NCBI GenBank assembly: GCA_051294375.1
Contig: CM119268.1
Span: 492,415 to 556,414 of the forward strand
Source of the DNA: Paraspadella gotoi
Taxonomy: Eukaryota > Animalia > Chaetognatha
DNA length: 64,000 nucleotides
Reading direction: 5' to 3'
Each line of letters opens with the position of its first letter. Within the stretch, counting starts at the first letter, position 1. This document shows, one piece after another, positions 53,501 through 64,000 of the stretch. The position numbers were made by a program, and so were the translations under genes. Below the pieces are notes generated by a model. The model saw nothing but the letters and a program-made list of their open reading frames with translations, searched no databases and was not told the origin of the DNA.

Positions 53501-55245
53501 TCCGTCGGTCCGCCCCCTCAATCTTGTCGGGCACTCACTTATATCATGTCAGAACATCAAATTATGATAAATTATGCAAAACAAAATGATGTCCGACTGT
53601 CTGTCTGTTCGTCTATCTTTCTGTCCGTCCGTCCCACCTAAGCAAAAAACCATAATTACTTGTGATTGGATGGATGGATTGGAATGAAATTTTGTTTGTG
53701 ATTGAGCTGGATATGAAGTTTCGATGGAATCGTCCAAGTGGAAATGAGTTTAAGTGGAAAAAAAACAAATATATTTCACTATTTGAACACCAATTGCTCA
53801 TGAGTGGATGGGGCGATTGACCTGAAATTTTGTATGTGGGTAGGAAATTGTGTGATTAAGCTGGAAATCAAGTTTCGATGGAATCGTTTAAGTGGAAATG
53901 AGTTTAAATGGAAAAAACAAAAAAACCTGTTTCACTAGTTGATTATGCTTCTTTTTCTTTTTATATTAAATTTAAATGCAAGATGTATTAATTAAACAAA
54001 TAATTAATCAGTTAATTAATCAATTAGTCAATTAATTAATCAAGGTCAGTCGTTTTCAGCATTATTCTCATTGTCGTCATTGCTTTTGTCGTGGTTAGTG
54101 ACGAAAAGACCAAAAAACAAACATATGAGATCAAATTAATTCATTAATTGTCTAATTAATTAATTAACTTTAATATTTAATTATTAATTAATTAATTACC
54201 GATAATGATCGTGGGCAGATCCGACATTGTTTGCTCAAACTTGTTTTTTAAACGCTGTCTCTCAAAAAAATTTGTTTCCTTTAGTTTTTACATTTATTTA
54301 TCGTCAATTAAATAACTTAATTAAATTTATTTTAAACGAACTCAACTGTTTTCTTTTGTACTTCGTTGACTCCACAGAAACAGAGAGGACTTCGAAAATT
54401 TCATAAAAGAAGAATTAGAAGTCTCGATGAGAGAGCGAGACGAATTGGATCATCTGATCAAAGAGAGAGAGACGCTGATGTTGAGAGAGAGAGTCAGTGA
54501 CGAAGACTTGGAGGCTCTCAGGTAGAAGATCACGGCACTGTTTACCAAAAAATGTTTAATTTCGGTTTATATTTGGAATAAAGTTAAGTTAAAAAGGTTA
54601 GGTTAATGTTTATGGATATGAGTGAAAGGGGTTAAAAGGATGAGTTAGGGTTTTGGCTAAAGATTAGGGTTTGGGCTTTAGAGATAAGGTTAAAGTTCAG
54701 GTTAATAATTAGGGATTAGTATAAAGAAATAAATTTGGGTTAGGTATTAAGGTTAAGGAAAGGGTAATTAACATCAACTTAAAATTGTATCAAAATGGAG
54801 TACAGATTCAAAAAGCTGAGCTCCAAAAAGCAATTCCAAAAATATTAGGCCATATATATTTAGAAAAAAAATAAAATATAATTTTCAGATATTAGAATCT
54901 TAAATCGGGCAACTTTAAAAAATAGTGCCAAATTAATTAAATTAATTAATTAATTAATTAATTAATAAAAATATAAAAAATATTTATTATAAACAATATT
55001 GTAATGCAATATTACGATATTACATTACTGGAGTACTATATTGTAATTAATTGTCGTTTCTAGGCAAGAGAGGGAGTTGATGGAGGAAGACTCGAGGCTG
55101 GAGTCTTTGAAGGAAAAGCTGGAGGAATTTGATGGAGATTTCATGGAGGAAGTCGAGATGTCGGCCGAAGCTGAGCTGGGGAAGATGAATTATAACAAGA
55201 ATAATTTGGACGTTGACGGAGACAAGTTGGTTATTTGGCAGAAAA

Positions 55246-55280
<35 letters not shown>

Positions 55281-55355
55281 ATTAAATAAATTAAATAAAT
55301 TAAATAAATAAATTAAATAAATTAAATAAATGAATAAATAAATTGACTAAATAAA

Positions 55356-55403
<48 letters not shown>

Positions 55404-58400
55404 ATTTATTATTTGTTAACTAATTTAGCCCCACGACCAGCGAGACCGGGTTTCTCACGACAGAGTCCGCCACCTGCACGGCTCCACCGCCGGCGCAAAA
55501 AACGAGAGTCAAACAAAAGACGTCGCTGCCAACAAAGTCAAGAATGCAGATGATCAGAGTCGTCGAAATGGTCTGTAGGAAAAGATCAGCCTGCCCATGA
55601 TATGCGCAACACATTGAGTTGTGACCCTTGAGTTGAACCTTGAGACCTTGTGACCTTGAAACCTTGTGACCGTTCAGTTGTGACCCTTCAGTTGTTACCC
55701 GGTGGCTCGTTTAGTACCATTTAGTACCATTTAACACCATTTAATAAGTAAGTAGAATGAGATTTCGAAATGAAACCAAAGTGGATTTTATTCTCAGATA
55801 GAAGATAAGCAAGACGGTGTGAGAATTGAAGACAGATGGAATCAATACAAAAACGATCAGTATTTATTCAGGACAATCGGATCATCGACACGGATTCATT
55901 TTCCCGATGGCATGAAGCCCGTCTTCTCATTGGTCCGCTCCTATGGTGATTCGTCCAATGAGAGAGCCCTGGGTTAATTCCATCCGAGTCGCGGATCCGA
56001 TTCCATTTTCGTTTTCGATTCCATCTTCGATGGCACCGTGATCGGGAGAAAAAACCCTCAAGCCGAGTTCCAGACTTCGAACCCGTTCCTTTTCTGACAA
56101 GGGGACTAAATACTTCGTTCTGTTTTAACAAGGGGCCAAGTTGACTATAGACTATCATCCATTAGTTCTTTATCCCTCTCGTCAGCAATGGAATAGATCC
56201 TGGGCTGTTTAAGCTTTAAGGCCATCCTCTCGCTTCTCGTAGGGATAGATAACTTAGAGGATCGATCGCGGTACCCGACGGTCATAAGGAGATGACTTTA
56301 CTGAGTGAGCCACCTCGTCATAACTGATTGCATCGGGGTGAAATTGCTTTAATATCCGCTTAAAGGTCAACATTGCAAGGAAGAAGACCGCGTCGGGGAC
56401 AGGGGATCGATTGAGGGCGGAAGGGTCAATTGGCGGCCGAGTAAAGAAGATGGTTGTCAAAGAAGGTCAATTAAAATCGATGTTGAAGGAAGGAAAATGG
56501 AGACTGGCGAGTCAAGATAGAAGACCGGATATTTCAAAGTGAATATAGTGTAGTTGTAGTTTGTTAGTAACTAGTATTTCAGTTGTAATTAAACGAGATT
56601 CTATTATCATTATTTTCTAATGGGATGGAGGCCCTAACCAACTTGAACAAAGTCAAGGTAAGGCAACATAACATGTGTAATACATTTTTATTCTTTTTAT
56701 ATTGTAGTCTATGCCAAGAAAAGTTATTATTAGTTTTTAAAACTTTATTTTAAAGGATCCTCAATGTGGGCCGTGTCCGAACGGCCAAAACTAATTTTGG
56801 TGCCAAGACCAACGCCAATTCAAAGGCTAATACCAACATTAATTCAAAGGCCAATTCAAAGGCCAATACCAACGTTAATTCAAAGGCCAATTCAACCGTC
56901 AAATCCAAAATAAATATCTCACCCAACCTTAACACGAACGCCAATTCAAACGTTTTGTCCAAAGCCAATCTAAACGCAAAAGCCAATTCAAAGTCTAAGG
57001 CCAATATCGATGGCCAAGCGAAGCACAACAAAGAGGAGAGACTCAAGATCAAAATCAACGCTAACGAAAATTCTAACGTCGAAATGGCGATGAAAGAATC
57101 GCCGCTGACAACGACGACGACGACGACGACGACTTTGAAATCAACGCCGCAGTCGCTTCCATCGCAGCAGGAGGAGCAGCAGGAGCGTAAGGAGCGGCAG
57201 GAGGAGCAGGAGGAGCAACAGCAGCCGACTTCGAAGCCGACAATGACGACGATAGGAACGAACACGGCGTTGATGGCGACGAAATCGACAACGATGACGG
57301 AGCTGACAAAAAATGAGGCAACAAAGACGGATGCATCTAATTCCCGACAAACTCTCAATCTGACAAAACCCAATCGCTGCCAGCAATGACGACATCCACG
57401 CAGCTAACGCCACAGTCGCCATCAACGAATGCAACAATAAAAGCGACGATCGGAACGAACACGGCATTGATGGCGACAAAATCAACAACGATGACAGAGC
57501 CGACAAAAAATGAGGCAACAAAGACGGATGCATCTAATTCCCCGACAATCTCAATCTGACAAACCAATCGCTGCCAGCAATGACGACATCCACGCAGCTA
57601 ACGTCACAGTCGCCATCAACGAATGCAACGATAAAAGCGACGATCGGAACGAACACAGCATTGATGGCCACAAAATCGACAGCGATGACGGAGCCGACAA
57701 GAAAGGAGACGACTAAGACGAATAATTCGCCGACAACTCCCACACCGACTATTCAACCGACGCTCGAAGCAAAGACGCCGCCGTTGACGCCGCCATCGGC
57801 CAAGACGCCGCCCCCTCCGCCACCGCCAAAGTCGTCGTCCTCTCGAATGCCGTCGGCGATGGCGCAGCGGATCGTGGAGTTGGCGATGCTTCAGTTAGAG
57901 GCGCTGTTGTCGCATCGACTCCACGACGATCTCGATAGGGAGAGACCCTTCGCTGGTGTGTCCGGTGAGAGAGAGAAAGATGGTCGGGCCGTATTGATTA
58001 TTTCATGTTTTTTTTTGTTTTTTACAACCAATATAAAAATTATCCCTTCATTCATTAAATAAGCTATCTTGCCCCTGACTTTGGACAGGCTTTGGAGGTT
58101 ATATTTTTCATTCATTCATTAAAATGTTGTTTTTTTTTGTTTTATCAATTAGTATATTTTTAATATTTATTTTCAATGTGTTTTTTTTTCTTCAAATTAT
58201 TCTTGTAATTATTCTTTTTCAGTCACTTTTTGACCATTCATTTATTTATTTACATATTTTTACATTTGTAATTTTTTTTTTAGGTTTTTTTCCTATTTAT
58301 ATTTAGTAATTCATTAAGTAATTTTATGTTATTCGTTTAATTGTTTCAATCGTTTGTGTATGTCATTATGTATTTATTTCCAGGCGAACACGGTCACCGC

Positions 58401-58580
58401 TTTTGGCCCGACTTACTAAAAAATATTCAGGTAAAGTTGTCACTTTAGCTAAATTGCCAAATATCAGGGTATCAGGGTATCAGGGTATCAGGGTATCAGG
58501 GTCATGTATCTTGATTAATCATGTAATCAATCAATCATTTTGTTTATTCTAATTAACTTAACGAATTAAATAAGCCTCTC

Positions 58581-58611
<31 letters not shown>

Positions 58612-60639
58612 CCCTTTCTCTCTCTCCCCCTGACAACATCACAGGACATCATCTCCGGTGCCCAGCCGATCCACCCCAGCAGCGATCTCGTCTTTCGTTG
58701 TAGAAATCTGCTGGAGAGAATGAAGCCTTTTGCCAAACAACATCACATTGATGGAGTCAAAAACATTTGGATCTTGAAACCTTTGAACGCTTGTCAGGGA
58801 AGAGGCATCGTTATGTCTAAGGTTTGAGAGGGAGGAAGAGTGGGAGGAGGAAGCGTGGGAGGAGGAAGAGTGGGAGAAGGAAGAGTGGGAGGAGGAAGAG
58901 TGGAAAGAGGAAGAATGGGAAGAGGAAGAATAGAAGGAGGAAGAGTGTGAGGAGGAAGAGTGGGAGGAGAACGACGGGGAGGAGGAGGAGTGGGATGAGG
59001 AAGAGTAGGAGAAGGAATAGTGAGAGGAGGAAGAATTGGAGGCGGAAGAGTAGAAAGAGGAAGAGTGGGAGGAGGAAGAGTGGGAGGAGGAAGAGTAGGA
59101 GGAAGAAGAGTGGAAAGAGGAAGAGTGGGAGGAGGAAGAGTGGAATGAGGAAGAGTTGGAGGAGGAACTAATCCTAAACCTTAGACTTTAACTCCAATCA
59201 CTAACAAAATCCCTTACCCAAATTTATCAACCAATTTTTTTTTCTTCATTCTGAACTGATTTAATTCCAAATTAAAGATAAATTGGGGTGCTTCGGGAAA
59301 ATAAGGCCGTCCTTCTATTTTTTAAGGATTTGGACGAAATCTTGAGAATTTCCAGCAACCGTTCGGTCATTTGTCAAAAATACATCGAACGGCCTCTCAC
59401 GATTCACAACACGAAATTCGACATTCGAAAATGGTGAGGCGATCACGAACAGTAAATAGCTATTTATCTATTTTTTTATATATCTTTTTAAGACTTTAGC
59501 GAAATTGTAATTAGCCCATTTGCTCATACGTTCCGATGCATTTAACTTTAGAAAATGATATGTTCCGCAAAGATTCAGTCAATTACCAATAAACGTTTAT
59601 TCAAATTGATTTTAGCCAAGCATTCACCAATAAGAATTCAGATTTTAATTTTCCCCAACGACGAGACGACCAATCAGCGACCGATTTCTCTTTTTTTTTT
59701 CATTCAAGGATCCTCGTGACGTCATTCAGTCCACTCAAACTTTGGTGGTACAACGATTGTTATCTTCGGTTCTCCTCTCAACTTTTTGATTTGGATAAAT
59801 TTAATCGGTCAATTCATCTGACTAATTACGCCGTCCAGGTTTTATATGAAGGGGGGAAAAGGAAGGGATAGAAAAGATGAAGAAGGGAAGGAAAGAGAAA
59901 AGAAAAAAAGTAAAAGGAGATAAAAAAGGAAAGGATGGAAGAAAGGGAGGAAAGAAGGAAGGAAGGAAGGAAGGAAGGAAGGAAGGAAGGAAGGAAGGAA
60001 GGAAGGAAGGAAGGAAGGATGGGAGAAAGTAAGAAAGGAAAAAAGGCAGTAAAGCTAGGAAGGGAAGGAAGGGATGGAAGGGATGGAAGGAAAGGAAGGA
60101 AAGGAAGGAAAGGAAGGAAAGGAAGGAAAGGAAGGAAAAGAAGGAAAGGAAAGAAAGGAAAGAAAGGAAGGGAGGCAGGAAGGACGGAAGGAAGGAAGAA
60201 AGGGAGGAAGGAAGAAAGGATAGAAGGAATGTTAGGATAGGGAAAAAAATAAGTGTTTAAGTGAACAAACATGATAAAATGCTAGACTTTGTTCAATTTA
60301 TTAAATATTTACTAAGTTTACGATATCCGATTAAAAACTTTAATCTGGCCTTTGGGCCGTTACCCTATTTTTGAACTCAATCTATGTAATGTTTGAAACA
60401 AACGAAAAGATTGTCATTTTGTTTGAAAGAAATGAAAAGATTGTCATTTTGCTTTTAAACAAATGAAAAGATTGTCTTTTTGTTTTTCAGGCTCATTTTA
60501 AGAATCAAGTTCATCGTTCGTCTCTTTTGCCAAAGAACAATATGTGGGAGGCGGCGACATTCGCTAGATATTGCAAGAGTGAGACATTTGAAGTGATTGA
60601 TTGATTGATTGATTGATTGATTAATTGATTAATTAATTA

Positions 60640-60674
<35 letters not shown>

Positions 60675-62483
60675 CACTGATTAAATCAGAGAATTATTAA
60701 TTTATTTTCTTTATCGAAGTATTGATAGTTTGTTTAATGTTTATTACTTGACTGATTGATCGTTGAATGATAAATGATGGTCATTTACAATGAAACTTAT
60801 TTTCTAACCAGGAAGGGCAAGAGGACGAGACGTCTTCCGGACGATAACGATTCCCAGAATGAAAGTAATTTTCTTTATTTCGAATTTGATTCATCGATTG
60901 TCACATTCATCAATATTGTTTCTACAGTCTTTTGCAAAAATAAATGGACACTCTTAAATCTTAAATTTAGCGCATTTTATACATGTATTTATAAAAAAAA
61001 TTAATTATAATTGACGATTTTTATTTAGGGGAATCCACAGGTGTGAGTAAAAAAGAAAATCAGGCCAGCTATTCAAGATCTCTGGCACCCAAAAAACAAA
61101 AACCAAAATGGACAAAAAAAAAACAAACTATTTTTGAAGATCAGCAAAAAGCTGTTGTTCAGCCCTGATTATCTTGCGTTAATATCATATATTCTAAAAA
61201 CGGTAAATATGGATTTTTGTAAGAGGCATCCATATGTGTAAATATTGAATGAAAATCGGTTTAGTCCTTCAAGAGTTATATAACACGCTAAACACAAGAA
61301 GTTAAAAATACCTCAATTTTCTTCTTCTCTCTGTTTGAGTTGTTATATTTTTAAAAATAATTTCTTACGAACGGATGACTAAATTTTGACATAATTTATA
61401 CAAATCGTTCTTTTTTCCATGAACATTATTGACCCATAATATATTTAAAAATTTATTTGCGCAATGATTTAGAGTGTCCTTTTATTGTACTGTATTACCA
61501 ATGGTGTATTTCTATTCATCAACTTCGTATTCATTTTATCTTTTAATTCATCGCAGAAGCAAATTACGGCGGTGATGAGGTGCGCTCCCGAGTTCATGAT
61601 ACAACGGGATAATTCCTTCGAAATTTACGGAGCGGATTTTATGGTGGACACCGAGTACAGGCCGTGGTTGCTCGAGGTAAAATCTATACAAGATAGAGGC
61701 TCACCCTATCACCAGGGCCTTCTCTCTCCCGCCGGGCTTCCTCTTCCCCCTCTCAACGTCCCCCTCCTCCTCCTCCTCTCGTCGCCTCCTCCTCCTCATC
61801 CCTGGGAGTGCATCGGGCTCCCTCTCTCTCGGACAGTATAAATTATGTCTATTAAAGAATCTTATAAATCATTCAATAGAATACTAATGCATTTGGTTGA
61901 TTGATTGATCGATCAAACCAATAATTAAAATATATAAACTCCGAAACTAATCAAATTGTGTATTTAATCATTGGATTATATATTTATTTTATCAATTAAT
62001 ATTTCGATAAAGAAATCAATCTGTCGATTCTATCAATTGAAAAAGTAATCAATCAATCAATCAATAAAGAATTTAAGAGTAGAGAGAGAGAGAGAGACAC
62101 CTCCCTCCATCCCCCCCTTCCCTAGGTCAACGCTTGCCCCTCATTCGCGAGTTCAACTGCGGTAACCAATCGTCTTTGTGCCAACGTCATTGAGGACGCG
62201 ATGAAAGTCGTTTTGGACAGAAAGAAAAACCCAAGGGCAAGCACTGGCCGATTCGTCCTCTTGTATAAGGTAGGAGGAAGCAAGCAATGCCGAGAAAAGC
62301 AAGCAAGATTAATAATGTAATGGGTTCTAGGAATGCGGTCCCTCTAAGATGAGCTTGACGAAGAAAATACACGAATGTCCATTGTTGAAGGTGAGAGAGA
62401 AAGAGAGCATGAGAGCACCAAGAAGAGATGAAAGAGAGAGAAAGAGAGAGCAGAGAGAGAAAGAGGAGGAGAGAGAAGAGAGA

Positions 62484-62567
<84 letters not shown>

Positions 62568-63077
62568 TATAAAAAAGCGGTACGGAGGGAAGAAGAGATG
62601 ATTGAGAGAGAGTGGAGAGAGAGATAGAGATAGAAAGAGTATGAAGTTGAGCAGAGCCAAAGCGATGGGGTGAGAGAATGAGAAAGAAAAAGGGAGAGAG
62701 AAGAGAAAGAGAGCGAGAGAGAAGAGAGAGAGAGAGAGAGAAGAGAGAGAAGAGAGATGAGAGAGATGAGAGAGAGAGAGAGAGAGAGAGATGGATAAAT
62801 ATGAAAGAGAGAGAGGTAAAATAAAAAATTAATTTGCATTTTTCAGATTCAAGGAAAATCTATCTCTTCCCCCAAAACGAAAAAGGAGGAAGGAGAAGAA
62901 GAAAAAGAAAAAGAGAAAGAAAATAAAGAGAAAGAAGAAGAGGAAGAAGGAGAGAAAGAAATTAAAGAGGAAGAAGGAGAGAAAAAAATTAAAGAGGAAG
63001 AAGGAGAGAAAAAAATTAAAGAGGAAGGAGAGAAAGAAATTAAAGAAAATAAAAATTCCGAAGAAAAAAAATCATGA
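49589..63077 (+). CDS. TTLL3: Tubulin glycylase TTLL3/TTLL8-like, paralog D (Q-type active-site loop)
   Basis: Exons 49589-49660, 50342-50494, 50692-51968, 52398-52655, 54378-54521, 55064-55225, 55429-55570, 56366-56538, 56756-57964 (indels in an internal repeat near 57340-57560 break the frame), 58384-58430, 58645-58821 (KPLNACQGRGI), 59327-59433 (KFDIRKW), 59709-59838, 60491-60578, 60812-60864, 61557-61676, 62126-62269 (VNACP), 62331-62390, 62847-63077 (E/K-rich tail). Confidence 0.88.
49963..50260 (-). mobile_element. LTR-like remnant followed by a tRNA-Leu primer-binding site
   Basis: Minus-strand TGGTGGCAGCGGTG is complementary to the tRNA-Leu 3' end. The same motif occurs at ~3750-3765, and a related LTR-like segment at ~55750-56050. 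Confidence 0.4.
52670..53185. repeat. ~78-bp intronic tandem repeat
   Basis: About 6.5 copies of ...ATGTTTGATTGGAGAACCTACTTTAAAATAAAGTTAATAATGATAATGA... Confidence 0.9.
53490..53945. mobile_element. DINE-1/HINE-like non-autonomous rolling-circle element fragment
   Basis: CTGTCTGTCCGTC microsatellite followed by two ~130-bp units containing TGAAATTTTG...AAGTTTCGATGGAATCG; resemblance only. Confidence 0.3.
56121..56350 (-). mobile_element. Family-2 degenerate copy
   Basis: ATGGAATAGATCCTGGGCT, GGCCATCCTCTCGCTTC and CTTTACTGAGTGAGCCACC match the other copies. Confidence 0.55.
58826..59167. repeat. 15-bp purine minisatellite
   Basis: Units of GGGAGGAGGAAGAGT. Confidence 0.9.
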
Positions 63078-64000
63078 ACGAATGAAAAAGATGAAGACGA
63101 TTACTACTACTAGTCTACTACTATTACTACTATTACTACTATTATTACTATTACTAGTATTACTACTACTACTATTACTACTATTACTACTACGACGACG
63201 ACGACGACGCCTCACATTAAACGACTTTCACTTGACTTTCACTCGACTTTCACTCGACTTTCACTCGACTTTCACTCGACTTTCACTCGACTTGTGTGAA
63301 ACAGACGACGACGACGACAAAAGCTCCTTTCTCATCTTTGCTCTAATAATCGATAAATTCAAGGAATAAAATCGCGGTTTGTATGTTTGAAAGAATTAAA
63401 CTGACAATTAAAACATTTTTTTGAAATCTTAAACCGCTTTATCAATAGGGCAGTCATGTTCTCTCGGAGTGAATAAACTTGACTGTGAGAGAGTCTTGAT
63501 TGAAAGTTTGCCGGATCCTGTTAAGTCATTATCTTGTAATAAGGATGGAGGCCTTAAGCCACCAAAGCCTGTCCGAAATCAGGGGCAACGGTGAGACATA
63601 GGTGATGCCCAGGGTGTGAGGCATCTCCAGACAGTTGGTGCAGTGACCACCCCACGTCACTGGCGTGGTTATGCCGACACCATCACACTTGACCGTGAGG
63701 GGATTGAACTCGGAACTCACGGTTGTTAAACGAGTATTTAACTGTCCAAGCCAATGGGACGATCGCAGTTTCCCTAAGCTTTGCGGGAGGAGAATTTAGG
63801 ATTCGCCACAATGTAAACATTATTGCCCAATGATAATAATTACCTTTAAAAGCAGTATGCTAATAAAAATAGTATGCTAATAAATTCGAGGTTCATTTTA
63901 AATTTGACTTCACTGTTCAGATAGATTTCGCAAATTTCTCAACAACTTATTGGCGAGCCGTTCTCTTTCCCTCTTTTTCGGCCTTCAATTACAAATTTAC

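Noticed and set aside
58824-59171. Protamine-like RRKSG ORF
   Set aside because: No ATG start; it begins just inside a splice donor and is an intronic 15-bp minisatellite.
63480-63520. Hammerhead in the 160-bp dispersed repeat (CTGTGAGAGAGTCTTGATTGAAAG)
   Set aside because: The CTGANGA core is absent from all copies examined.

Overview
AT-rich, microsatellite-rich eukaryotic (probably invertebrate animal) DNA with spliceosomal introns. The window is dominated by a tandem array of at least four + strand TTLL3/TTLL8-type tubulin glycylase genes: A (3' end only, 1-1233), B (~2098-19464), C (~37516-47307) and D (~49589-63077). An inverted near-identical partial copy of C (29386-36961) faces C across a 25-N gap and is probably an assembly artefact. 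Between B and C lie a two-exon alpha-1,3-fucosyltransferase (GT10, - strand) and a divergent four-exon acidic repeat gene. Mobile DNA includes two non-autonomous hAT elements with 8-bp TSDs, a decayed BEL/Pao-like LTR element and Penelope-like remnants. The main discovery candidates are: (1) two families of ~230-290 bp elements with fixed ends and 4-5 bp TSDs that join a tRNA-like Pol III module to a circularly permuted (P5-type) twister ribozyme fold with covarying pseudoknot pairs, one of them directly behind the fucosyltransferase stop codon; (2) an R-to-Q change at the initiase/elongase determinant in glycylase paralog D. All models were read by eye; no database searches or folding programs were run.
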